In this document: positions 9,599 to 21,017 of the stretch, piece after piece
How positions within the stretch are numbered: the first letter of the stretch is position 1
Layout of the letters: each line of letters starts with the position of its first letter
Source of the DNA: Deltaproteobacteria bacterium TL4
GTDB lineage: Bacteria; SAR324; NAC60-12
Direction of reading: 5' to 3'
Assembly: GCA_051382335.1 (NCBI GenBank)
Contig: JBBCAX010000287.1
Coordinates: 1-59,255, forward strand
Length of the DNA: 59,255 nucleotides
Notes under the pieces: model-generated
What the model was told of the DNA's origin: nothing
What the model saw: the letters and a program-made list of their open reading frames with translations, nothing else
Database searches by the model: none
Position numbers and translations under genes: made by a program

Positions 9599-12500
9599 TT
9601 ACAGGATTTTGGCCACCAACAAGGTGATATCATCTTCCTGAGGAGTGACCCCATAAAACTTAAACGCCGCGTCGATAATGTTGTTTTTGATTTCTTCCGC
9701 GCTTTTCAATTCTGATTGTTTAAGGATCTGTTTCAGGGCACGTGTTCCGAACTCTTTGCCCTCTTCATTATAGTTTTCAGTCAGCCCATCGGTGTACCAG
9801 AGGATCACATCATCTTTTTGTAATTCCTGAATATGAAACTGATGAAATTGGCCTTCTCCGTAGCCGAGAGGATTGGATCTCGTATTGATCGTCAGAATGT
9901 TTTTATCGCTATGTCCTGCCTTAACCGAGTGAAAGGCAGACGGTCTCCAGATATAGCAGGGATTGTGTCCTGCACTGATGGAAAGCATTTTTTTTCTTTC
10001 CAAATCGATGACTGAGTAAAAGCAGGTCATGGTCAGCTTTTTGCTGGCGGTTTTTCGAAGAACATCATTGAGCTGCTTGAGAAAATAGGAAGGGTGACGT
10101 AAATGGAAGGTATCTTTTTCCATGTTGATGTCATTCAGACGCTGTTCTTCTATCGCCATAAAAACACTATCCGCAATCGCCGTAACAATCGCCGCTTGTA
10201 CCCCGTGTCCGGTAACATCGCCAATGAGCACATCCAAGGTGTTATGTTCCGGGTGGTGTCGATAATTATACCAATCCCCGCCGGTTTCTGAGGCCGGTTG
10301 ATAAAAGCTGGCGATTTCGAGTTCTTTGAGTTTTGGCGTTTCGTCTGGAATTAAATAAGTTTGGACAACACGAGCCGTTTTGAGCTCCAATTCCAAACGT
10401 CCAGCCTCTTTCATCATTCCTGCCGCCTCTTTAAGCTTTAGTTGAGATTCGACCCGTGCCAGGAGTTCTCGCTTTTGAAAGGGTTTGGTCAGGTAATCAT
10501 TGGCCCCTATTTCAAACCCTTGCACCAGGTCAGCCGTTTGATTTTTGGCGGTTAACATGACAATGGGTAAAATCGCGGCACTATGACTTTCCCTGATTTT
10601 TTGGCAAACTTCATACCCATTCATCCGGGGCATCATCACATCAAGCAAGATCAAATCGGGTTTTTCCTTTTCCAATAGCTCCAGCGCTTGTATTCCATCC
10701 TGAGCCACAAGGACCCTGTAATTCTCTAACTTCAATTGATTGGTCAAGACTTTCAGGTTCACAGGTTCATCATCCACAATCAAAATGCATTTGGCTGCCG
10801 ATGCTAAGGAAGAAGGTCTTGGCTCATTGGACGCTGAGGGCTGCGAACGGAGTGTCTTTTGTTCCTGCTCGCTGTGAACTTTCTCTTCCTGGGAAAGTAT
10901 GAATTTTTCGGGGGCGATGTCGGCATCCAAAGGTTCCAGCAAACTGGAGGAGGAACTGGAGGGCGAAGCGTTCTCCTCAAAAGAACCCTGGTCATCGAGA
11001 CACGCCGGTAAAGAAAAAGAAAAGGTAGAACCTTTGCCCACGAAACTCGCTACCTCAACACAGCCTCCATGCAATTCTACCAACTTTTTCGTAACTGCGA
11101 GTCCTAATCCGGTTCCACCATAAGAACGGCTGGCATCACCTTCCAATTGTTCAAAGGCGTTAAAAATCAAGCCAATCTTATCGTTGGGTATTCCAATTCC
11201 CGTATCCCTGATTGAGATCGTAACACTATCGCCCTCATGAATCGCGGAGACGGTCACTTCTCCTTCGTGCGTAAATTTGATGCCATTTCCGATGAGATTA
11301 TAAAGGATTTGCTGTAAGCGATTTTCATCCGCCAAAACCGGTGGGATCGTCTCCTTAATGGTATTCACCAATTTTACCGGTTTTTGTTGGACTAAAGGCA
11401 GTGATAGTTTGAGAATCATTTCGACCATGGATCGGATATCCACAGAATTCATTTGAATTGATAACTCCTGATTTTTCATTTTGGAAAAGTCTAAAATGTC
11501 ATTAATCAGGTTGGAAAGGCGTCGTCCACTTTGGATGATCAGATTGAGATCCTCCGCTTGAGCTTTAGAAACAGCGCCTTGTGCACCATCCAGAAGCGAT
11601 TCCGTCAAGCCGATAATGCCATTAAGAGGCGTTCGTAACTCATGGGACGTATTCGCTAAAAATTCGTCCTTCATTTGATCCAGCTTCGAGAGAGCTTCAT
11701 TCTTGTCTTTCAATTCTTTCGCATTCGCAATCAGGGTCTCTGATTGAATTTCTACGGTATTAAACGCTTTTGAAAATCGCATGGATAAAATAAAAGACTG
11801 GGCAAAAATAAAAGCAAGAAGCCCAAAAGAAAGCGTGTGAGCGGTAAAGATGATTTCATTGTCAAAAAGAATGTCATTGACGACACAGGCAAAAAAAACT
11901 AAAAATCCCAAAATAATCAATAAAGATCCTTCTCTTTTGTTGAGGATCGCTCTAACCAAAACGTAAATAACATAGACCCCCATGATCAAGATGATCCCTT
12001 GAAAATAAGGACTGGAATAGGTGTGGATTTTTGCGGGGGTCATCAAGGTCAGGATCCCCCATAACGCACTTGACGCCTGAAAGAACCAAAGGCCTACCGT
12101 CGAAAATTCGTGAGGATAAAGACTTTTGATGAACAGGCAAAGGATAGGAAGCAAAACAACAATATTCAGAAAAGCCATTTTTTCATAGAGTTCCCAGTCC
12201 AAAGCTGGAAAGAAAAAAAGTATCTGTTGTTCCCCCACGAGTAATTGATGGACGCCAATCAATAAACTAAAAATTCCAAAATACAGGGTTGAAGGATTTT
12301 TTCGACGAAGACCATAGAGTCCAAAGTGATAGAGTCCCATAATCATGAGACTTCCAAACAAAAACCAATCCTGAATGACTTCTTTTTTATGTTGGTCATA
12401 GATCTGTTTTTCTTTTCCGAAGTACATGATATTCCATGGTCCCCCTTTATTGTGATAGAAATTGGAAATTTGCAGAACGAGTTGAAGGTCTTTTTCTTCA

Positions 12501-12985
12501 GGGTGAAAGGCCAACACTCCGGTACTGAAGGCAGGCGTCATACGTTCATGATTGATTCCCACTTTTCCCGCAGAGGAGATCAAGCGTCCATTAACCCACA
12601 ACTGATGTGCCGTAACCATGGACCGGACTTTAATTGCGTAAATAGGTTCCGCGTCTTTCAACTTGAGATTAAGTCTGAAGGTTGCGTAGCCATCACTTGA
12701 AAGAGGTGCTTCCGAGAGCAGATAACCATTCCAGGAGCCCGGAAACTTAAAGAATCCCACTTTGTCAGGAAGCGTGTCTTTTGAAAAAGCTTCAGGAGTT
12801 AACAGTTGCTGCCAGTAAAATTCCCAGTCTCCATTCAATTTCACAAGCCCCTCTTTTCCAAAGTCCCATGCACTCAAATCCAGAACTCCGCTGGTAGCCA
12901 CAGGTGCCTTTTTCCCTGAATATTGGCGCTGACAAGCAGGAATCATGATGATTAAAAGGAGTAGGAATATCTGTTTCATACGCAT
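9599..12985 (-). CDS. Hybrid sensor: 7TM-DISM-like + HisKA/HATPase + REC + SpoIIE (PP2C) phosphatase
   Basis: LNGDWEFYW periplasmic domain; multiple TM helices; SHELRTPL, NGIKFT, GGTGLGL; VDDEPVN...LLDVMMP; GGDWY, GDVTGHG, YTDG, DDIT. Confidence 0.9.
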   Translation of the reverse strand: MRMKQIFLLLLIIMIPACQRQYSGKKAPVATSGVLDLSAWDFGKEGLVKLNGDWEFYWQQLLTPEAFSKDTLPDKVGFFKFPGSWNGYLLSEAPLSSDGYATFRLNLKLKDAEPIYAIKVRSMVTAHQLWVNGRLISSAGKVGINHERMTPAFSTGVLAFHPEEKDLQLVLQISNFYHNKGGPWNIMYFGKEKQIYDQHKKEVIQDWFLFGSLMIMGLYHFGLYGLRRKNPSTLYFGIFSLLIGVHQLLVGEQQILFFFPALDWELYEKMAFLNIVVLLPILCLFIKSLYPHEFSTVGLWFFQASSALWGILTLMTPAKIHTYSSPYFQGIILIMGVYVIYVLVRAILNKREGSLLIILGFLVFFACVVNDILFDNEIIFTAHTLSFGLLAFIFAQSFILSMRFSKAFNTVEIQSETLIANAKELKDKNEALSKLDQMKDEFLANTSHELRTPLNGIIGLTESLLDGAQGAVSKAQAEDLNLIIQSGRRLSNLINDILDFSKMKNQELSIQMNSVDIRSMVEMILKLSLPLVQQKPVKLVNTIKETIPPVLADENRLQQILYNLIGNGIKFTHEGEVTVSAIHEGDSVTISIRDTGIGIPNDKIGLIFNAFEQLEGDASRSYGGTGLGLAVTKKLVELHGGCVEVASFVGKGSTFSFSLPACLDDQGSFEENASPSSSSSSLLEPLDADIAPEKFILSQEEKVHSEQEQKTLRSQPSASNEPRPSSLASAAKCILIVDDEPVNLKVLTNQLKLENYRVLVAQDGIQALELLEKEKPDLILLDVMMPRMNGYEVCQKIRESHSAAILPIVMLTAKNQTADLVQGFEIGANDYLTKPFQKRELLARVESQLKLKEAAGMMKEAGRLELELKTARVVQTYLIPDETPKLKELEIASFYQPASETGGDWYNYRHHPEHNTLDVLIGDVTGHGVQAAIVTAIADSVFMAIEEQRLNDINMEKDTFHLRHPSYFLKQLNDVLRKTASKKLTMTCFYSVIDLERKKMLSISAGHNPCYIWRPSAFHSVKAGHSDKNILTINTRSNPLGYGEGQFHQFHIQELQKDDVILWYTDGLTENYNEEGKEFGTRALKQILKQSELKSAEEIKNNIIDAAFKFYGVTPQEDDITLLVAKIL

Positions 12986-13023
12986 GTTAAATCCTCTACT
13001 AAAACGGTATAGGGAGCTTTCGC

Positions 13024-14610
13024 TTAATTTTTCAATTCAAGGAATTCATCATAGCTGTTGTAAAGATCTTCAGTGATTGTCCCCTCAATTTTAATAATCC
13101 GGTTGGCTACTGTTTGAATGAATTCGTGATCCTGTGAGGTAAACAAAATAACACCTGGAAAACGACGCAACCCTTCATTTACGGCAGTAATACTTTCCAA
13201 ATCCAAGTGGTTCGTTGGTCCATCCAACAGCAAGGTATTGGCTCCGGAAATCATCATTTTTGCCAACATACAACGAACTCTTTCACCTCCTGAAAGGACA
13301 TTGGTTTTTTTTAGGGATTCATCTCTGGAAAAAAGCATCTTCCCCAAAAAACCGCGGATGAATGATTCATCCTGATCCTCAGAGTACTGCCTTAACCAGT
13401 TGATCAAATCATAATGCCCCCCATCAAAATAGGCTGCGTTGTCACTGGGGAAATAGGCTTGAGACGTACTGGCCCCCCAAGAAAAGGTTCCAGAATCGGC
13501 TTTGAGTTCTCCCACCAAAATTTGAAATAGGGTTGTCTTGGCAATATCGTTATCTCCCAAAAAAACGACTTTGTCTTCTTTATAAAGTGAAAATCCGATC
13601 TTATCAAGAACCTTAACGCCATCAATGGTTTTGGTCAATCCGTCAACATTCAAAATAACTTTTCCCAATTCCCGACGGGGTTCAAAGTTCACAAAGGGGT
13701 ACTTGCGTGTAGAGATCGGCAAATCACTGAGGTCCAGTTTTTCCAACTGTTTCTGTCGGGAAGTCGCCTGCTTGGCTTTTGAGGCATTGGCGCTAAAACG
13801 CTGAATGAAACTTTTAAGCTCTTTCGCTTTGTCTTCATTTTTTTTCTTGGCGTCTGAACGAAGGGAGAGTGCCAACTCGGAAGAAGTTCTCCAGAAATCG
13901 TAGTTGCCTGTATACACGGTGATTTTACAAAAGTCGATATCCGCCACATGGGTACAGACTTTGTTCAAAAAGTGGCGGTCATGGGAAACAACGATGACTG
14001 TGTTTTTAAAATCCAGTAAAAAGTTTTCGAGCCAACTGATCGTTTTGAGATCCAAATGGTTAGTGGGTTCATCCAGGAGCAGAATATCCGGTTGACCAAA
14101 AAGAGCTTGGGCCAGCAGAATCTTTACTTTATCGTCGCCTGTCATCTCTTTCATTTGTTTCCTATAATCCTCGTTGGAAATTCCCAAGTCCGCCAATAAT
14201 TTCTCCGCTTCGGATTCAGCGTCCCACCCATTCATTTCGGCGAAGGTGGATTCCAGATCCGCTGCCCGTAAACCATCTTTATCAGAAAAATCAGGTTTCA
14301 GATAGATTGCGTCTTTTTCCTCCATGATTTCAAACAGCTTTTTATTTCCCCTGAGTACGGTTTTGAGCACCTGATGTTCATCATAAGCGAAATGGTCCTG
14401 TTCCAGAACTGAAATTCTGCTGCCCTGAGAGACATTGATGGTTCCGGTTTGACAGTCAATCTGACCTGAAAGCATTTTAATAAACGTTGATTTTCCGGCT
14501 CCATTTGCTCCAATAAGACCGTAACAGTTGCCAGGCGTGAACTTAATATTCACTTCATCAAATAGTTTTTTCCCGGCAAAGCTTAAACTAACATTGGTTG
14601 TACTGATCAT
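13024..14610 (-). CDS. ABC-F family ATPase (YbiT/YkpA-like)
   Basis: Two ABC domains, no TM; GANGAGKST, LLDEPTNHLD, LSGGE and FSANASKAKQATSR linker. Confidence 0.9.
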   Translation of the reverse strand: MISTTNVSLSFAGKKLFDEVNIKFTPGNCYGLIGANGAGKSTFIKMLSGQIDCQTGTINVSQGSRISVLEQDHFAYDEHQVLKTVLRGNKKLFEIMEEKDAIYLKPDFSDKDGLRAADLESTFAEMNGWDAESEAEKLLADLGISNEDYRKQMKEMTGDDKVKILLAQALFGQPDILLLDEPTNHLDLKTISWLENFLLDFKNTVIVVSHDRHFLNKVCTHVADIDFCKITVYTGNYDFWRTSSELALSLRSDAKKKNEDKAKELKSFIQRFSANASKAKQATSRQKQLEKLDLSDLPISTRKYPFVNFEPRRELGKVILNVDGLTKTIDGVKVLDKIGFSLYKEDKVVFLGDNDIAKTTLFQILVGELKADSGTFSWGASTSQAYFPSDNAAYFDGGHYDLINWLRQYSEDQDESFIRGFLGKMLFSRDESLKKTNVLSGGERVRCMLAKMMISGANTLLLDGPTNHLDLESITAVNEGLRRFPGVILFTSQDHEFIQTVANRIIKIEGTITEDLYNSYDEFLELKN

Positions 14611-14904
14611 AACTTTTTAAACCTTTTATTTTATAATTATTGATAGAGGAGAAGGAAAATATACCCGCACATAGACAATTTCAAAAACACCCTTTTTCAT
14701 TATTTTCGTAAATTATTTGCGGTATCGGTACAAAATCCCGGGCGAATGCCCCGACCTGAGGACGATTTCTGCAGGTATCTGGACGTTTACGCTGGATCTT
14801 ACATTGACGAGTATGAATATCAAGATAAAGACACTTTTTAATTAGCTATTCTCTCCAAACCTTCTTGTTTTATAGCTTGGAGGTTGTTTAAAACTTCTGT
14901 CATG

Positions 14905-14981
14905 GTCATTCTGAGCCATAGACGAAGAATCTTTTTCGGTGGAAAAGCCAGCGTCTTCGTTGTTTTTCTCCTCAGAATGAT
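14905..14981. repeat. Degenerate REP-like inverted repeat
   Basis: TCATTCTGAG (14906-14915) pairs with CTCAGAATGA (14971-14980); inner ACGAAGA pairs with TCTTCGT. Confidence 0.55.
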
Positions 14982-15079
14982 ATATGATCCTTCAAAAAGA
15001 TCGGAGCTACACTTGTTCTGGTCAAGCCTTCAGAGCTTTATGCTTATCCCGAACTCACGTTAGAATAGAGGAACAAACA

Positions 15080-16879
15080 ATGGAAATTCCAATTTTACAA
15101 GATATTGCGGTCATTTTTGGGATATCGATTATAGTGTTGTTTGTCTGCGATAAAATTCACCTTCCCTCAATTATCGGATTTCTGGTCACAGGAGCTCTGA
15201 TTGGTCCTGATGGCTTTCATTTGATTCAATCAGAGGAAAAGGTTGAAATATTAGCGGAAATTGGCGTTGTTTTGCTCATGTTTACCATCGGGCTGGAACT
15301 CTCGATTAAGGAGTTGTCGCACAACAAAAAAGCGGTCTTGCTGGGGGGAACACTTCAGGTGATGTTGACGATCCTGGTGTTTTTTCTGATTGCGCAACAA
15401 ACGGGTTTGCTGGCGGGACAAGCCATCTTTATCGGGTTTTTGGTAGCTCTCAGCAGCACAGCCATTGTACTTGGGATATTCCAGGAAAAAGGAAAAACCC
15501 ACACGCCTCACGGAAAAAATATCATCGCCATTCTGATCTTTCAGGATGTCATCATGGTGGTGATGATGCTATTGATTCCGCTGTTAAAACCGGGCAGTGA
15601 TGTCAATATCACCATGTCGCTTCTTTTATTATTACTTAAAGCGGTCATCATCATCGGATTGGTAATCGTTTCCACAAAATATATCATCCCAAAACTTTTG
15701 TACCAGATCGCTAAAAACAAGACCCAGGATTTTTTTCTCTTAAGCATCGTCGCTATCTGTCTCATCATTGCCTGGGGTTCTTCGCAAGTCGGCCTTTCTC
15801 TCGGACTAGGCGCATTTTTGGCGGGACTGATCATTTCTGAATCCGAGTACAGTTTACGCGCTTTAGGCAGTATCCTTCCGTTTCGCGGAGTGTTTCTCAG
15901 TTTCTTTTTTGTTTCTGTGGGAACCTTGTTTAACACTATTTTTTTGATTGAAAATCTTTTCCTGGTAGTGGTGCTTACTTTGAGCGTCATTATGCTTAAA
16001 GCGCTTCTTCTGTTCTTGATTGGGGGGATCTTAAGATTCAACCTGCGTACAACCGTCATCGTTGGCTTGTCCTTGAGTCAAATTGGAGAGTTCTCCTTTA
16101 TGCTTTCGAAGATGGGGGTAGATAATGGTTTGTTGGACCCTAATTCCTATCAGCTTTTTCTCTCAGTAGCGGTCTTGAGCATGGCGCTCACACCTTTCCT
16201 GATTTTTATCGCACCCAAATTGGCGGATGTTTTGATAAAAGCAATGATGTCACTAACGAACGTTGAGGAAAGTCAATTCAAACTGTCCCATCCTCAACTT
16301 TCCGAAAACAAACTGGAATATCATCTGGTCATTATTGGCTATGGTGTTAACGGTAAATTCCTGGCAAAAGCGGCAAAACAGGCGGCAATTCCCTATGTAA
16401 TTGTTGAAATGGACGCTGAAATCGTAAAAGACGAACAAAAGAAGGGAGAGCCCATTATCTACGGAGACGCAACCCATGAGAGCTTACTGAAACACACTTC
16501 CATCAAAAACGCGTTTTTGGTAACTATCGCGATTTCCGACCTCACCAAAACGCGTCAAGTGGTTTCCGCAATCAAAAAAATCAATCCCAAGGTCTATATC
16601 ATCGCCAGAACTCATTTTGTGCTGGAGGTGGAGCATTTAACCAAATTAGGCGCGGATAGTGTTATTCCGGTTGAATTTGAAGCGGCTTTGGAAATGGAGA
16701 GACAAATGCTGGCTCATTTTATGATGCCCCCCGATGAAATTGAACGCTTTGTAAAAGAAGTTCGTGCGGGAGGATATAGAAAATACATTGCGGAGGCGAT
16801 GAGTGAACATTATGATCAAAATGAGATCGACAAACTGTTTGAATCCTCTTCAAATGCAACAAATAACCGATCCGTCTAA
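15080..16879 (+). CDS. CPA2/Kef-type cation:proton antiporter with TrkA-N domain
   Basis: AEIGVVLLMFTIGLE, LSSTAIV, FQD, LGAFLAG, SQIGEFSF, IIGYGVNG and YGDAT; ATG 15080 follows GAGG. Confidence 0.9.
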   Translation: MEIPILQDIAVIFGISIIVLFVCDKIHLPSIIGFLVTGALIGPDGFHLIQSEEKVEILAEIGVVLLMFTIGLELSIKELSHNKKAVLLGGTLQVMLTILVFFLIAQQTGLLAGQAIFIGFLVALSSTAIVLGIFQEKGKTHTPHGKNIIAILIFQDVIMVVMMLLIPLLKPGSDVNITMSLLLLLLKAVIIIGLVIVSTKYIIPKLLYQIAKNKTQDFFLLSIVAICLIIAWGSSQVGLSLGLGAFLAGLIISESEYSLRALGSILPFRGVFLSFFFVSVGTLFNTIFLIENLFLVVVLTLSVIMLKALLLFLIGGILRFNLRTTVIVGLSLSQIGEFSFMLSKMGVDNGLLDPNSYQLFLSVAVLSMALTPFLIFIAPKLADVLIKAMMSLTNVEESQFKLSHPQLSENKLEYHLVIIGYGVNGKFLAKAAKQAAIPYVIVEMDAEIVKDEQKKGEPIIYGDATHESLLKHTSIKNAFLVTIAISDLTKTRQVVSAIKKINPKVYIIARTHFVLEVEHLTKLGADSVIPVEFEAALEMERQMLAHFMMPPDEIERFVKEVRAGGYRKYIAEAMSEHYDQNEIDKLFESSSNATNNRSV

Positions 16880-17103
16880 GGCTAACAAAACCACTTCCCC
16901 AAACTGTCTGCTGTAAATATTCGGGGGATGGCTCATCCATGTGATTGATTTATCGTGGTATGGAGCTGGTTTAATTTAACCATTTTAACCAGAATTGATA
17001 TTTACTTCAAGAACACGTCCCAACTTCGCTGACTTTACTTTGTGCCTGAGTAGTTCCACCAATTTTTACTTAACGTACCAAGGGAGTTCATCAGGAGAAA
17101 CTC

Positions 17104-19465
17104 ATGAAAACCGTTCGTAATGCGTGTAAGCTGCAACCCAAGGCTCTCGACATCAATGTCGGAGATCAAATTGAACAACTGGATCAGATCATCAAGGATA
17201 CGAACGGTCAGGAGTATTTCGACAAGACGTTCATTACCGATGGGATGAAAACCCTGCTCTCCAGGGGAATGGCTCGCTTGGCTGGGAAATCCAATGATTC
17301 AGTATTCCATCTGAAGCAGGCGATGGGGGGAGGAAAAACGCACCTGATGGTCGGTGGACTCCTGGCGAACGATCCGGCGCTTCGTTCCAGTCAGATTGGG
17401 AACATCCCTCACCAGTCGGGATTCAACACCGCCTAAATTGCTGCTTTCAATGGACGAAATAACCCTCCGACCTATTTATGGGGCGAGATCGCGCGTCAAC
17501 TCGGAAAAGAAACTCTCTTTCGGGAATACTGGGAAGCCGGAGCCAAGGCTCCTGATGAACAGGCCTGGGTCCAATTGTTTGAAGGAGACGCTCCCATTCT
17601 CATTCTTCTCGATGAAATGCCTCCCTATTTTCACTATTACAACACGCAATCCCTGGGGCAGGGAACGGTCGCTGATGTGATCACCCGCGCGTTTTCAAAC
17701 ATGCTGACTGCCGGACAGAAGAAAAAGAATGTGTGTATTGTTGTGTCAGACCTGGAAGCGGCTTATGACTCTGGCGGCAAGTTGATTCAGCGAGCTTTGG
17801 ATGACGCGACTCAGGAAGTTGGCCGTGCTGAAGTGAGCATCACCCCCGTCAATCTGGAATCGAATGAAATTTATGAGATTCTCAGAAAGCGACTTTTTTT
17901 GTCTCTTCCTGATCCAGGTGAAATCTCAGAAATCGCTTCGGTGTACGCAAGCCGTCTGGCCGAGGCGGCCAAGGCTAAAACCGTGGAACGCAGCGCCGAA
18001 GCCCTTACCAACGAAATTGAATCCACTTACCCCTTTCACCCAAGCTTCATTACCCAGTTTTTTAAAGGAATCATCCACAAAAATAATGTGCTGGTTCTCA
18101 CGGGGGATAAATCTTCTATCGCCAGTGTGGAAAAAGCGGCTCGGCATGTCTATGCGGTTGCCAGGGCGGATCATGAAATCGCGCCTTCCCATCCCCAACG
18201 TAAGGAACTGGATGAAAAGAAAGCACAGTATGAGCAGGACTTTCAAACCACCGTTCTGGCTGTGTTTGATAAGCTTCTTTTCCCTGGAAACATTCGCAAC
18301 GAAGATAGCCTCAGAGCAAAGGCGCTGGATAGCACTTATCCCTCGAATGAACCTTATAATGGGGAACGGCAGGTCATCAAAACCCTGATTTCGGACCCGA
18401 TTAAACTCTACACCCAGATCCCCGAAAATTTTGAAGCCTTGAGAACCAGGGCAGAACAACTCCTTTTTGGCACCCAGGAGGAGGCTCGCAAAACCGACTT
18501 GCTGGACAAAATGAAGCAAAAATCCCAAATGCCCTGGCTTCCGGCCAAAGGGTTTGATCAATTGGCTCAGGAAGCCTTTCAGCGGGGGCTTTGGGAAGAT
18601 CTGGGCAATGGGTTCATCACCCGAAAGCCCAAACCCAAACTGACGGAAGTCATTGTTTTACCCGATACCGATCCTGATGATAGGGGAAAGGTGCGGCTCA
18701 AGATTGATACCGTTAACGCTGGAAACAGCCCCAGGATTCACTATCAGGAGGACGGTGCGGTTTCAGCCCATAGCCCTGTTCTCAAGGATAATGTTTTAGT
18801 TACTTCTGCGCTACGTGTCCAATTTCTGGCAGTCGATCCTACCGGAAAAAATCAAACTGGAACTCCCACCTCCTGGAACAACAAATTGATGCTGAGAAAT
18901 TGTTTTGATGCAGCCTCCAGAACGGTTGAACTGCGGGTGGCTCCCAAGGGAAAGATTCGCTACACCCTGGATGGCTCGGAAGCCCGTAACGGGATGGAGT
19001 ACACGGGTCCCCTCGATATCGGTGAATCGACGACAGTCTATGTGTTTGCCGAATGTGAGGGACTGGAGGAAAAACGGCAATTTACCTTTCCCAAATCAGG
19101 CTCCAAAGAAATTAAAATTGATCCCGTCAAACCAGCAAAACTGTTCAGTTCCACCCCCAAGCGTCTGGATAATTCCGCAAAGACTTATGAAGGTCTGAAG
19201 ATAGCCAGGGAAAAAAATATCACCTTTGAACAGGTGACCTTGATCGTTGGTTCTTCCCCACGAGTAGGTCACCTCACTCTGGGCGATATCAACCTGGGCG
19301 CGGACTTCATTGAAAAACAACTCTCTCCTGCAAGCCTTGATTTCGCCAGAAGCTCCCGTTGTTATGCAATTCAAAAAAGCCTATGCCCCTACCGGCTATG
19401 ACCTGGAGCAATTTGCCAAAAAACTGGGCCTTGTCATCGAAAATGGGGAGGTCAACCAGGAATGA
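17104..19465 (+). pseudogene. DUF499 AAA+ ATPase of restriction-like (RL) system, disrupted
   Basis: QAMGGGKTH Walker A, ILLDE Walker B, YPFHP; in-frame TAA at 17434-17436; frameshift in CTCTCTC near 19321-19328; shifted frame ends in TGA 19463-19465 overlapping the next ATG. Confidence 0.85.
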
Positions 19466-20046
19466 GCAATACGCTTGATTTTGGAGCCCCCTCTGAGTTT
19501 GGGAGGCATTACTTTTATGTCGAAATTCCCGCGAGTCCCCAGGAAGCAATTCTCATTTACGAAGACTATGGCTTTGACGGAGATGAACAACGCAGGGACA
19601 CCACCGAATGCCGGGTGGTGCTGGCGCGTGAACTCTGGACAAAAATCAGGGATGATGCCCGCCGCAATTTTAATGACCGCCTGAAAGCCAAAAAAATGAG
19701 TACCGGTTCCTGGAATATCGGAATCGTCAAACTGGATCGTTTTTTAGGAAGAGAACTTTGCGTTCTGGCTTGGGCGGCAGAACATAGCACGCCTCAGGAA
19801 TGTCCCATCCTCTGCCAGAAATGGCTGGCGCTTCGCCCCGAAGAACGCTGGTGGCTCTACGCCAAAACAGCGGCAGAAGCCGGGCAGTCCGATCAAACTC
19901 AACGAGGTTGGAGAAAGGCTCTTTATTGTGCCCTCTCCGATGGAACCAGCATCAAACTGGAACAGAAAACCAAACCCAAACGAAAAAAAGACGAACAGGA
20001 AAATCTGAACCTTTTTCAATTTATAGAGGACCCAGGCTCTTTATGA
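19462..20046 (+). CDS. DUF3780 protein of RL system
   Basis: LDRFLGRELCVLAWA, WLALRPEERWWLY and GWRKAL motifs; position after the DUF499 gene. Confidence 0.85.
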   Translation: MSNTLDFGAPSEFGRHYFYVEIPASPQEAILIYEDYGFDGDEQRRDTTECRVVLARELWTKIRDDARRNFNDRLKAKKMSTGSWNIGIVKLDRFLGRELCVLAWAAEHSTPQECPILCQKWLALRPEERWWLYAKTAAEAGQSDQTQRGWRKALYCALSDGTSIKLEQKTKPKRKKDEQENLNLFQFIEDPGSL

Positions 20047-20080
20047 CTGAATTATTTGCAGTTTGCTGGACACATTACTG

Positions 20081-20107
20081 AATTGGCTACCTACCAGGTA
20101 GCCAATT
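20081..20107. terminator. Hairpin downstream of DUF3780 gene (possible terminator)
   Basis: AATTGGCTACCT-ACC-AGGTAGCCAATT 12-bp stem; no clear U tract. Confidence 0.35.
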
Positions 20108-20182
20108 GTAAAAGGCTCTTCAAATCAGGAATCTCTCTGAAAAGGAGTCTTTAGAATGTGTCTTAAAAATGATCTTGAGGAG

Positions 20183-20446
20183 TCGTAGTTGGGTAGAGCG
20201 TAGCGAAACCCAACAGAACCCAAAGACCTCGTAGGTTGGGTAGAGCGTAGCGAAACCCAACAGAACCCAAGACCTCGTAGGTTGGGTAGAGCGTAGCGAA
20301 ACCCAACAGAACCCAAGACCTCGTAGGTTGGGTAGAGCGTAGCGAAACCCAACAGAACCCAAGACCTCGTAGGTTGGGTAGAGCGTAGCGAAACCCAACA
20401 GAACCCAAGACCTCGTAGGTTGGGTAGAGCGTAGCGAAACCCAACA
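20183..20446 (+). repeat. Tandem array of six GTAG-REP units, 46-bp period
   Basis: Units TCGTAGGTTGGGTAGAGCGTAGCGAAACCCAACAGAACCCAAGACC start at 20183, 20229, 20275, 20321, 20367 and 20413. Confidence 0.95.
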
Positions 20447-20470
20447 ATTATCAAACAACGTTAGAACACC

Positions 20471-21010
20471 ATGCGTTATCGAAGATTTCAGACAGGAACC
20501 TGGTATTTTTTCACCGTAGTAACCTTTCAGAGACGTCCATTGTTTCAAGATCCTGAAAACGTCAATGTCTTACGAGAGGCCTTTCGAGCCATCATGAAAA
20601 AGCATCCATTTCATTTGGATGCCATTGTTGTGTTGCCAGACCATCTTCATTGTATTTGGGAGTTGCCGGAACAGGATCATGACTTCCCTATGAGATGGCG
20701 ACAAATCAAAAGCGATTTTACAAGGAATTGTTCAGAGGAATACAAATCAATGCCATCGGCATCCCATCGTTCCAGGAAGGAACAATCTATTTGGCAAAGA
20801 CGATATTGGGAACATCAACTTCGTGATGAGGATGATTATTGGAGGCATGTGGATTATATTCATTACAATCCGGTCAAACATGGATGGGTCAAGGAGCCTG
20901 TGCAATGGCAATGGTCGAGTGTGCATCGTTTTATCGAAGAAAAACGGATTTCTCCAGATTGGGGGAGCGAGGGTTCCGTGTCTATGCCAGAAAACATTGG
21001 CATGGAGTAA
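20471..21010 (+). mobile_element. rayT: REP-associated tyrosine (HUH Y1) transposase
   Basis: YFFTVVT, VVLPDHLH (HUH), IWQRRYWEH and YIHYNPVKHG; flanked by inverted REP arrays. Confidence 0.93.
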
Positions 21011-21017
21011 TCAAACA

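Noticed and set aside
17434..17436. Programmed readthrough or recoding in the DUF499 gene
   Set aside because: TAA with no recoding signal seen; the additional frameshift points to decay
20183..20446. CRISPR-like regular repeat array
   Set aside because: Intervening sequences are identical rather than unique spacers; no cas genes; the GTAG hairpin and adjacent rayT identify REPs
20120..20548. Minus-strand ORFs with repeated peptides
   Set aside because: Translations of the REP array
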